A stretch of DNA of 60,231 bases, taken from Verrucomicrobiota bacterium. Lineage in GTDB: Bacteria; Verrucomicrobiota; Verrucomicrobiia; Chthoniobacterales; UBA10450. Below the pieces are notes generated by a model. It saw only the letters and a list, made by a program, of their open reading frames with translations. It was not told the DNA's origin and did not search any database. The stretch lies in contig JBKPMH010000050.1 of NCBI GenBank assembly GCA_046732035.1, forward strand, positions 1 through 60,231. Direction: 5' to 3'. Positions 45,187 through 53,661 of the stretch are shown here, in pieces. The translations under genes and the position numbers were made by a program. Every line of letters begins with the position of its first letter. The first letter of the stretch is position 1.

Positions 45187-46572
45187 CTAGAGTTCTAACT
45201 CGATGCCGGGGGTCGGCACAAAGATCTCCGATCTGGGAAGCTCCGCTGACAACGTTGAGCGCATCCACTCCACCGCTGATGGATCGCCGTGGACAAGAAC
45301 AATTTTGGCGGGCGCCAAACGTTTGGCGTAGTCGATGAGTGCTTCACGCGTGGCGTGCGCACTGAACTGGAATTCTTCGATGTTGCAGCGGACGGGTTGG
45401 ACCGGCTTGTCGGGGTCCAATGCAACTTCCGTATTTCTTCCTGCATTGCGTAGAAGACCGGCAGGCGATTCCGGATCGGCATAGCCGACAAAAAAAATAG
45501 AATGCTGCGGATTTTCGATTAGCCGCTGAGCAAGAACGTTGGAAAGCGTTTTCGGTGTCATCATCCCGCTGGAGAGCAGATAAAGCCGTCCAGGCCGCAA
45601 GGGCGCGTCGCGCACTGTTTCGTCGTTCAGTATGAACGGCGCGGCTTCCCTCATTAATTGCAGATGTGGTAATTGCCGGCGCGTTGTGTGTGCGCGCCGA
45701 TCATAGATATCAGTCATCTTTGAGCTGAGGCCGCCAATGTAGATTGGAAATTCGGGCAAAACCCTTTCGCGCCTGAATTTGTAAAGCATTGCCAGGATCT
45801 CCTGGGTTTTTCCCAGCGCGAAGACCGGCATGAGCACACACGAGCGTCGCTCAAAAGCACCGCCGATCGCTTCGGCCAGACGTCGCTCTTCACCGGCGCG
45901 TGTCCAGCCCATGGGTTTTGGGTGATCGCCTCGCGTGCATTCCATGATCAGAACGTCAATCTTTTCATCAGGAAACCTTGCGGCTCCCATGATTGTCTGG
46001 TCGTCGAAATTGACGTCTCCGGTGTAAAAGACGGTTAGGCCTTCTGCTTGCAGGAGAATTCCGGTTGAGCCCAGTACATGGCCTGCGTCGAAGAACTCGA
46101 AAGTTAGTGCGTCTTTCTCGCGCTGGGCGGCACGCTCGCCGGAAATGGAGATAGGTTGACGTAATGGACACCAACGCCAGTGTTCCGATGCGCGATCCGT
46201 TTCTCGATGCGTGAAAAGCGGATATAACCCCGCGACTGCGCGACCGACTTCCTCGCGTTGCCGAGTCATTACATTGACCGAGTTATGCAAAAGCACGTTG
46301 CCGATATCGGCCGTGGCTTCCGTCATGAAAATGTGAGCGCTTGGAAAGCGTCGCATTAGCACAGGCAATGTGCCGATGTGATCCTGATGAGCGTGGGAGA
46401 TCAGGATTGCTTCAATTTCCCGGCCGGCGAGTGCCTTGAGATTCGGCAGTGCATCCTCACCTGTTTCCTTGGGATGCATTCCGCAATCGAGCACGAGTTG
46501 ATGGTGACCTATCTCGACATAGTATGAATTCGCACCAATCTCGGTCCGGCGCGTCAAATTAATGAATTTCAA
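45187..46572 (-). CDS. MBL-fold metallo-hydrolase of the beta-CASP (RNA-metabolising) type
   Basis: 461 aa. LVLDCGMHP, ILISHAHQDHIG, beta-CASP-like middle region (LIMECTRGD), C-terminal VLVHGD. Confidence 0.85.
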   Translation of the reverse strand: MKFINLTRRTEIGANSYYVEIGHHQLVLDCGMHPKETGEDALPNLKALAGREIEAILISHAHQDHIGTLPVLMRRFPSAHIFMTEATADIGNVLLHNSVNVMTRQREEVGRAVAGLYPLFTHRETDRASEHWRWCPLRQPISISGERAAQREKDALTFEFFDAGHVLGSTGILLQAEGLTVFYTGDVNFDDQTIMGAARFPDEKIDVLIMECTRGDHPKPMGWTRAGEERRLAEAIGGAFERRSCVLMPVFALGKTQEILAMLYKFRRERVLPEFPIYIGGLSSKMTDIYDRRAHTTRRQLPHLQLMREAAPFILNDETVRDAPLRPGRLYLLSSGMMTPKTLSNVLAQRLIENPQHSIFFVGYADPESPAGLLRNAGRNTEVALDPDKPVQPVRCNIEEFQFSAHATREALIDYAKRLAPAKIVLVHGDPSAVEWMRSTLSAELPRSEIFVPTPGIELEL

Positions 46573-46774
46573 GCCGCCCTCTTGCTGTTGTTCTTACTTT
46601 CGCAATTCAATGCGCCAGTACCATGCCGGGCCTCGTGGCCGCTCTTGCGCATCGAATTGAGATTTCATCTGGCCAGAATGAGCAAGAGCAGAACCAAGAG
46701 CAAGAGTAAGCGAAGAATCAGCCGCGCAAATCTCTGAACAGTCGGTTTCGTGACCAGTCTAAGTATGGGCTTGC

Positions 46775-47131
46775 ATGAAACGAGAAAAGCAACCGCAACG
46801 CGGCGGAGACACTCACCTTGAGCAAGATATTTGCATTCATATCTTTACTGTCTCCTCGGCAATGGTCGGCGTTTGCCTGACTGTGATCGGATTGATTCGC
46901 GTTGTGATCACGCTCGGAACCGCGGACACGCTTGCAGATGATGTCCTGGCCGGCGACGCCCTACTATTTCTGATTTCCTGTTTGCTTTCTTACTGGGCGC
47001 TTCGCTCGCGAGGCCTGCGTAGAATGCACCGGCTTGAAAAAATCGCGGATGGAATATTCATCATCGCCATGATCGGTATGGTCGTGGTGTGCACGTTGAT
47101 CACGTATACGGTTTCTGTTCCAGCGCGTTAG
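46775..47131 (+). CDS. Hypothetical 3-TM membrane protein
   Basis: 118 aa. Three clear hydrophobic helices. No family recognised. Confidence 0.45.
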   Translation: MKREKQPQRGGDTHLEQDICIHIFTVSSAMVGVCLTVIGLIRVVITLGTADTLADDVLAGDALLFLISCLLSYWALRSRGLRRMHRLEKIADGIFIIAMIGMVVVCTLITYTVSVPAR

Positions 47132-47156
47132 CCGGCCCCTTACACTGAGTTACTTC

Positions 47157-48809
47157 TTAGTGCGGCGTTGGACGTGGCGCCGGGGTCGGGCGTGACCTTG
47201 GAGTCGGAGTTGGTCTTGGCGGCGCGACGGAGCAGACTCTAAAGAAAATTGGGTCGTGGTTAGCGAAAGGCCGGCCAAAGGGCACGCCATTCGCTGTGAA
47301 AGCTCCGTAGAAACAATCACCTACTGCCTTCATTTGCATGTAGTCTCCGAGCACTCGCTGCCTGGGGTTACCATTGTCCATCGCTGACGACAGAAACGTC
47401 ACCAGCGTTTGATCGCTGAAGGTCAGACCCTGATCGCTGCTCTGGGCGAGGTGAGCTGTGAAAATCGGGAAGTTATCTTGGGAGAACCCGTCGAAGGTAT
47501 AGTAGAAAATCCCGACTGTTCCGTCAGTCGTTACAGCTGCCGATGGAATCGCGGCTTGTGTCTGACCTGTCACGAAATGTTCTGGTCCCACGATAACGCC
47601 ACCGTTGCCGTCATCTTCGATTCGGCGGACGGCCAGCCGATTATTACCGGTATTGGCATCGCGATTTCCATAGATGTAATAGACGTCCCCATTGTTGGGA
47701 TCCACGGCCGCGTGGTCGACTCCGCCAAGCAGAGCGTTCACTGTACCAAACTTCGGAGTCGGTTGCGTGCTGTCGCCATTGGCCACAATGATCCCGCCGG
47801 CCATTCCATTTAGGACCCAAGTGGCTCCGCCATCCGTGGAGCGGTTGAGCATATAGTTGATGTTTTTCGATCCCCCATTTCCTGGAGCGATGTTCCGCTG
47901 AAACAAGCTGTAGACGAAACCGTTTCGCGGATCGACTGCAAGCCGATGACCGGGGTTGATGCTACCTGTAGCTGTGCCCGATTGGTTATCTACCGTGAAA
48001 TTCGGTGGATTAGCTCCGTAGGAGACAGATACTCGCTCATTACAAGCGTCACCCACGCAGTTGTTTCCGTTAGTAAAATCATCATAGCCGTCATACACGT
48101 TGTCTTGTATTGGGATCATCGGATCCGGATTTACGAGAAGCCACGGTTGGTCTACCCCTGCGGGCGGCGGCAGGTTATTGATATTTGTAGGCTGTGTGAT
48201 GCCGCCAATAACAAGCCAGTTCCATGCCGCGGCACTTGCCGGGTTCGTAGTTATTCCACTAAAGATGTCGCTAATAAGAAAGGTGCCAAACATTTGGTTA
48301 GCCGTGCCATAGTCGATGGTCTGATCGCACGGACAGCCTGCCGCCGCTATGCCCGGTGGGACAGGAATGGTGAATTGTTTGGTCCAGATATTTCCGCCGT
48401 CGGTTGAATGCCAAAGCGGCGCATTTGTTCCCCAACTCCCTGAAAAAGCCGTGATAACGACTTCGTTGGGATTGGCCGGATTTACTGTTATGGAGGTTTC
48501 GCCATCGTTAAAGGTATCGGTGTTCGTCAGGTTGGGATCGGTGTTGTTCACAACGGTATCCACGATGAAAATGCCGGGAACGAGAGGGATTGGTCTTGCT
48601 CCCTTTGGGGCGTGATCCTCGGAAACCGCGGACCGCCAGTACGGTGTCGTATCCGGAGGAGCGTCTCGAGTCGAAGATGACTCGACTACTTGTCGTTGTG
48701 AGTTGTTCTGAGTTTTTCCGTTGGCTGTTGAGACTAAAGGCAAACTTCCCTTTAGTGACAAAACTAACGCGGCAATCAATACAACCGAAACTAGCTGCGT
48801 TAATCGCAT
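47157..48809 (-). CDS. Secreted BNR/Asp-box repeat (sialidase-fold beta-propeller-like) protein with Pro-rich C-terminal tail
   Basis: 550 aa. Signal peptide MRLTQLVSVVLIAALVLSL, Asp-boxes HSTDGGNIW, NRSTDGGATW, QSSDQGLTF. C-terminus PPRPTPTPRSRPTPAPRPTPH. Confidence 0.7.
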   Translation of the reverse strand: MRLTQLVSVVLIAALVLSLKGSLPLVSTANGKTQNNSQRQVVESSSTRDAPPDTTPYWRSAVSEDHAPKGARPIPLVPGIFIVDTVVNNTDPNLTNTDTFNDGETSITVNPANPNEVVITAFSGSWGTNAPLWHSTDGGNIWTKQFTIPVPPGIAAAGCPCDQTIDYGTANQMFGTFLISDIFSGITTNPASAAAWNWLVIGGITQPTNINNLPPPAGVDQPWLLVNPDPMIPIQDNVYDGYDDFTNGNNCVGDACNERVSVSYGANPPNFTVDNQSGTATGSINPGHRLAVDPRNGFVYSLFQRNIAPGNGGSKNINYMLNRSTDGGATWVLNGMAGGIIVANGDSTQPTPKFGTVNALLGGVDHAAVDPNNGDVYYIYGNRDANTGNNRLAVRRIEDDGNGGVIVGPEHFVTGQTQAAIPSAAVTTDGTVGIFYYTFDGFSQDNFPIFTAHLAQSSDQGLTFSDQTLVTFLSSAMDNGNPRQRVLGDYMQMKAVGDCFYGAFTANGVPFGRPFANHDPIFFRVCSVAPPRPTPTPRSRPTPAPRPTPH

Positions 48810-48884
48810 CGTAAATTCAATCCCTTGTTACTTAGCATGGAGTAGTTGCTTGTGTGCGTTTGAGCATCGGTTCGAGGGCAGTGG

Positions 48885-48933
48885 AGGAGGCCCTCACAAC
48901 GTTGTGAGAGTGGTCACAACCTCCTTGTGTGAC
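48885..48933. promoter_or_regulatory. Nested palindromes with TCACAAC/GTTGTGA half-sites upstream of the BNR gene
   Basis: Perfect 16-bp palindrome CTCACAACGTTGTGAG (48893-48908). A second pair GTCACA(48913-18)/TGTGAC(48928-33). Flanking AGGAGG(48885-90)/CCTCCT(48920-25). The element lies between the dipeptidase stop and the BNR start, so it could instead be a terminator. Confidence 0.4.
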
Positions 48934-48974
48934 AAGCAAAATTCGTTAACGCTCAGTCGCTGCCATTTGCGCGA

Positions 48975-50015
48975 CTACAGCCACTCCTTAAAAATCCGCA
49001 GCCAGTTCCCGCGCAGAACTTTTTCAATCTGCTGGTCGGTGAAACCGCGCTCGATCAATTTTCGAGTGAGGTTTCGCGTATCAGAATGGTTCTTTAGGTT
49101 GGGAATGAAATGAGGAGTAGTAAGCTTTTCGGATAGCTCTTTTTTCGCCGACTCCGGCCATTGACTGTAAATAAACTCAAAAAAATCAAACCCAATTCCC
49201 ACTCTGTCGATGCCAATCAAATTGGCGATATATTCAATGTGGTCGATGTAACGATCGAGAGTGGTTTCCTGTTCTTTTGGAGTTATCAGGACTGAATTAA
49301 CGCCAATCACGCCTTGCCGTTCACCGATCATTTTGATCTGCTCATCGCTGATGTTGCGCTCGATGTCGTAGTAATGCCGGGCGTTTGTGTGTGAAACAAT
49401 CGGCGGCTTTGTCGCCAAAGATAAAATCTCGTTGAACCCGGCTGGATTAATGTGAGCAAGGTCGATAATCACGCCGAGCTTCTCGCATTCTCGCACGAGA
49501 TCACGCCCGAACTGGGTAAGACCCTCCTGTGATGAACCAGTCGAAGCGAAGATTCCACCGTGCCCCGCCTCATTGGTTCGCGCATGCGTGAGTCCCATTG
49601 AGCGGACTCCAAGCTCATAGAAGACGCGCAGAAGATTTAAGTCGGTTCCGAGTGGCTCTGCTCCTTCCATGGTAATCAGCAGTCCGATTTTTTCTTTTTT
49701 GAACGCGTTCTCGATATCACTGTAACTCTTGCAAATCGTGAACTCAGGGCAGGCCTGCGTTTCGGCATACAGGCGCGTCAGTTGACCAAGGGCAATCCGC
49801 AAGCCGTCGTTTGGAAGATAACGGTCCTCGATATAGATGGCGGCCCCAACTACGCCAATTTTGCCGGTTTTCAGTGCCGGTAAAAATTCGGTGGCGAGTA
49901 CATTGTCGCGCTCGCGCTTTTCGTATAAGTCCATCGGCAAGTCGAAATGCAGATCGATAATTCCGCCGGCTTGCAGCTGCTCGATTCGCTGCTGAATAGA
50001 TTTTTCAGTGATCAC
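48975..50015 (-). CDS. Membrane-dipeptidase family (peptidase M19) protein
   Basis: 346 aa. IIDLHFDLP, GLTHARTNEAG, IIDLAHI, VSHTNARHYYDIERNISDEQIK, IGIGFDF. Confidence 0.88.
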   Translation of the reverse strand: MITEKSIQQRIEQLQAGGIIDLHFDLPMDLYEKRERDNVLATEFLPALKTGKIGVVGAAIYIEDRYLPNDGLRIALGQLTRLYAETQACPEFTICKSYSDIENAFKKEKIGLLITMEGAEPLGTDLNLLRVFYELGVRSMGLTHARTNEAGHGGIFASTGSSQEGLTQFGRDLVRECEKLGVIIDLAHINPAGFNEILSLATKPPIVSHTNARHYYDIERNISDEQIKMIGERQGVIGVNSVLITPKEQETTLDRYIDHIEYIANLIGIDRVGIGFDFFEFIYSQWPESAKKELSEKLTTPHFIPNLKNHSDTRNLTRKLIERGFTDQQIEKVLRGNWLRIFKEWL

Positions 50016-50123
50016 TTTGTGTCAGAAGAAACCTTGAATGGGTACATGTCATCAATAAAAGTAATCTAGTTCTAGCCGCGCGGTGGTAGACCGCCACCCG
50101 AAGTCAGCGTTTGCGATCAAACT

Positions 50124-51236
50124 TCACTCACTATCTGCAACGAGTCGCCCTGCAGCCTTGGTCGACTCAAGCTCGGTAGTTACTTTCTGGATTTGCGTCG
50201 TCTGCTGTTTCACAGTCTGCGTGAGGCTCGCAATCTCATCCTTCAACTCTCCAATCGCGCTTGCCTGCTCCTGTACCTTGCGATGTTCTTTGAGGAATTC
50301 ATTGAGTAACATCGCATTGACAGCTTCGTAGCGCACGGTTTCTGGTTTGCCTTCGCTATCCGGTGTCACGAGGTCTGGATTTACTTTTGCTACTTCCTCT
50401 GCGATAAGGCCGAAGGATAGGGAATGCGCTGCATGGATTTCTTTTTTGTAGCGGAAGGTCACTGGACTGAGTTGGTGAATCGCCTCGCTGGCGCGCTCCA
50501 TTGGCTTGATTTGTTCCTTGTAGCGACGCGAAGAAGATAACGTCCCAATCCTGTTGTCTGACGTCACATAAACCGCTCTCTCAGTCGCTACCGACTCGTA
50601 CCCGTTGCGAATGCGCGTGATGTTGTTCTCGCCAGCGACTCCATTCACGCCTGCGCCGATACAGACATTTCCGCTGCCGGTGAGGCTGAAGCCGGCCGAA
50701 TCACCGATAGCCGTATTGCTGTCCCCATCTATGTTGTCTCGTAGCGATTGAGAACCAACTGCTGTATTGAACTCGCCGGTTGTGTTACTGAAAAGGGCAG
50801 TCGTGCCGAGGGCGGTGTTATCGCCGGCTGTTGTGTTGCTCAAGAGTGCGTTGTAGCCGCTGGTCGTGTTGCTCGACCCACTCGTGTTGTTAAAAAGTGC
50901 ACCAACGCCGCTCGCTGTGTTGCTGTTTCCGTCAATGTTGCCAAACAATGCGAACGTCCCATCAGCTGTGTTTTTAACGCCTGTGGTGTTTGATAAAAGC
51001 GCGCCCGCACTAATCGCTGTATTTTGTTGTCCGATGTTGGAAAGCAGAGTTCCGGCGCCGAGACCAGTGTTGAACTGGCCTTCTTGATTGCTAAGGAGAG
51101 ATAAGAAACCGACCGCCGTGTTGTATGCACCATTAGATAGATTGAGGAGAGCGTTTTGCCCTTCCGCCGTGTTTCCGCCGGGATACCCACCGTCTGGTGC
51201 CGGGTTAACGGCCTTTGCATTCGGTGCAACGCACAC
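50124..51236 (-). CDS. Secreted repeat protein with C-terminal peptidase-S74 intramolecular-chaperone ('tail fibre') domain
   Basis: 370 aa from GTG 51236. It has about 12 copies of a 14-aa NTAxGxxALxxNTxG-type repeat, then GTLSSSRRYKEQIKPM...FRYKKE...FGLIAEEVAKVNPDLV (S74 chaperone signature), then a coiled-coil tail. The start is problematic (see findings). Confidence 0.8.
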   Translation of the reverse strand: MCVAPNAKAVNPAPDGGYPGGNTAEGQNALLNLSNGAYNTAVGFLSLLSNQEGQFNTGLGAGTLLSNIGQQNTAISAGALLSNTTGVKNTADGTFALFGNIDGNSNTASGVGALFNNTSGSSNTTSGYNALLSNTTAGDNTALGTTALFSNTTGEFNTAVGSQSLRDNIDGDSNTAIGDSAGFSLTGSGNVCIGAGVNGVAGENNITRIRNGYESVATERAVYVTSDNRIGTLSSSRRYKEQIKPMERASEAIHQLSPVTFRYKKEIHAAHSLSFGLIAEEVAKVNPDLVTPDSEGKPETVRYEAVNAMLLNEFLKEHRKVQEQASAIGELKDEIASLTQTVKQQTTQIQKVTTELESTKAAGRLVADSE

Positions 51237-51468
51237 GCAGGCCAGCAGTCTGGCAATGACAAATGCTGAAGGTTTTCTTTTTTGCTGAGTCTGATTGAAT
51301 GTTTTGATAGATAAGCAAGTGTTGAAAAATTGCTGCCAGTTTGGCGAGTGAAAAAGATCGAGTCACATTCTGCGTCTGCCGCTAATCCCTCGTTTGCGCG
51401 GCTACGCGCGTCAGACGCCGTGGCGTTCTAGTCAATCGTTTCCCAGGACCGGCCTTGCCGCCCTGAAG

Positions 51469-52437
51469 CTATTTGCTCAGCTCAAGCATCCGTCGGATGG
51501 GTAGCTCGGCGCGCTTGCGCAATGGCTCTGGCAAAGTGATTTCCGGTTCCATGTTCAGTAGCGCGTGGTACGCCTTTTCGATCGTGTTCATCTTCATAAA
51601 CCGGCATTCGCCACAAAAACAGTTATCTGTCGGACCGGGAATGAAGGTTTTGTGAGGGATTTCTTTACTGAGACGGTGCAACAGACCGGCTTCAGTGACG
51701 ACAATGATTTCCTGCGCTGGCGATTCTCTGCAAAAAGTTACCATTTTTTCTGTGGAACAGACTTCATCAGCCAGCATGCGCACGGCGTAGGTGCACTCCG
51801 GGTGGGCCACAACCGGCGCATTTGGATATTGTTCTCGGATCTTACCAATACTGCGCGCTGTGAACTCGACGTGTACGTAACAGTTGCCCTGCCACAAATC
51901 CATTTTGCGTCCCGTCCGCTCCATGACCCACGCACCGAGATTTTGGTCCGGAACAAAAAGAATATTTCGATCACTCGGTGCGGCACGCACGATTTTGTCG
52001 GCGTTGCCACTGGTGCAAATAACGTCGGACAACGCCTTCACCCCCGCGCTGCAATTGATGTAGGCAATAACGTAGTAATCCTTGTCGGCATGCTTCTTTA
52101 AAAATTCTGCCAGCTGTTGCGGCGGACATGATTCGGAAAGCGAACAGCCCGCCTCGAGGTCAGGCAGAATTACACGTTTGGCTGGATTGATAATTTTAGC
52201 CGTTTCTGCCATAAAATGGACGCCGCAAAACAAAATTACGTCGGCATCCGTTTTCGCCGCCTGATAACTCAAGCCTAACGAATCGCCTACGAAATCGGCA
52301 ACGTCCTGTAACTCGGGTACTTGGTAGTTATGCGAGAGAATAACAGCGTTTCGCTTGCGCTTGAGTTCCAGCAACTGTTCTGCCAGATCAACGCCAGTCT
52401 GACGTGGACGCCCAAAGTTTACGCCTGCGCTTACCAT
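51469..52437 (-). CDS. nadA: Quinolinate synthase
   Basis: 322 aa. ILSHNYQVPELQDVADFVGDSL, VHFMAETAKI, three-domain Cys pattern, AHPEC. Confidence 0.93.
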   Translation of the reverse strand: MVSAGVNFGRPRQTGVDLAEQLLELKRKRNAVILSHNYQVPELQDVADFVGDSLGLSYQAAKTDADVILFCGVHFMAETAKIINPAKRVILPDLEAGCSLSESCPPQQLAEFLKKHADKDYYVIAYINCSAGVKALSDVICTSGNADKIVRAAPSDRNILFVPDQNLGAWVMERTGRKMDLWQGNCYVHVEFTARSIGKIREQYPNAPVVAHPECTYAVRMLADEVCSTEKMVTFCRESPAQEIIVVTEAGLLHRLSKEIPHKTFIPGPTDNCFCGECRFMKMNTIEKAYHALLNMEPEITLPEPLRKRAELPIRRMLELSK

Positions 52438-52539
52438 CGACTAATATCGCGGTTTCCAGAAGAATTACAAACCGAGGGCCAGCGGTACGGGGTGCGAATC
52501 TGGCGCCGTTTAGCCCTTAAGGCATCTGACAGATTTGCC

Positions 52540-53517
52540 TTACAAAAGCGCCTCACGCATCACGGCAATGGGTGGCTCGCGATCAAACCAAATCGAAAAC
52601 GATTGGGCTCCCTGGTACAGCAACATCGACAAACCGTTTGCGCTGCGCGCTCCAGCTTGGTCGGCCGCCCGCAGAAGAGCAGTTTTGGAAGGCGCATACA
52701 CGCAATCGAAAACCATGTGGTACGGAGCGATTAAGCGTCCCGGGATCGGGGCGTAATCGCTCAGCTTCATTCCCAGGGGAGTGGCATTCACAATTAGATC
52801 GACATCCGAAAGTTGCGTGCGGATTGCGGATTCCTCCCATGGTACTGCTTCGAGGCGCGCTGCAGGGCCAAGCACACGCGGGCCGGCAAAGAAGGCTCGC
52901 AGATTTTCCGTGAGCACCCTCGCTTTCTCCAAAGTCCGATTGACGAGGACCAGTCGCTCACAATTCTCGAGTGCGCATTGCCAGGCGATTGCGCGTCCCG
53001 TTCCGCCGCCGGCGCCGAGTATCAGGATTCGAAGATCACGAAGATCGACCGAGAACTCATTGCGGACGGCGCGCAGGAAACCTTCACCATCAGTATTTGA
53101 TCCAATAAGTTTCTTATCGCGAAGGCGAATCGTGTTGACCGCTTCTATCCGACGCGCCGATTCATCGGCCTCATCGATCTGCATGTAACCGGCGAGTTTG
53201 TGCGGTACGGTCAGGTTGACACCTACGAAGTCAAGGTCTCGTAAAAAGCGCAGGGCCGACCTCAGTTCAGTCGGTCGTATATGAAAACGTGCGTACTGAG
53301 CATCGATCTCGCAGGCGTGCAGAGCCGCATTTTGCATTTCCGGTGAAAGCGAATGCGCGACTGGATCGCCAAAAATTCCAAGCCGGACCGAGGGATGAAC
53401 GTTCCGGACGCTCTCAGGCCAGTTTTCAAGATCGCCGAGGGTGTAACGTTGGGTGGTCTGTGGGTTTTTCATGTCATCCGCAATGGAATGAAGCATCTGC
53501 CCGCAACGGCGGAACAC
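52540..53517 (-). CDS. aroE: Shikimate dehydrogenase
   Basis: GDPVAHSLSPEMQNAA, NLTVPHK, NTDGEGF, GAGGGTGRAIA. There is an unusually long leader of about 30-45 aa before the first motif. The start is uncertain (ATGs at 53517, 53496 and 53472). Confidence 0.88.
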   Translation of the reverse strand: MFRRCGQMLHSIADDMKNPQTTQRYTLGDLENWPESVRNVHPSVRLGIFGDPVAHSLSPEMQNAALHACEIDAQYARFHIRPTELRSALRFLRDLDFVGVNLTVPHKLAGYMQIDEADESARRIEAVNTIRLRDKKLIGSNTDGEGFLRAVRNEFSVDLRDLRILILGAGGGTGRAIAWQCALENCERLVLVNRTLEKARVLTENLRAFFAGPRVLGPAARLEAVPWEESAIRTQLSDVDLIVNATPLGMKLSDYAPIPGRLIAPYHMVFDCVYAPSKTALLRAADQAGARSANGLSMLLYQGAQSFSIWFDREPPIAVMREALL

Positions 53518-53661
53518 TCCCGGCCGCGAGTGTCCCCGATCGTTTGTCGCCGGGATTCTCCATTTCGGCTAGAATGATACACATCAGATGAAGCTTAACG
53601 TGGAGATTTACTGCGGCAAAGTTGTCGAGCCCAACCCTTCGTCGATAGTTTGTCAGTTGTG

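Noticed and set aside
50840-51262. 140-aa alternative-frame ORF (TTG start) overlapping the 5' part of the S74 repeat protein
   Set aside because: It is out of frame with the strongly periodic NTAxG repeat translation and has no features of its own. It is noted only because its TTG is the nearest start-like codon to the orphan signal peptide.
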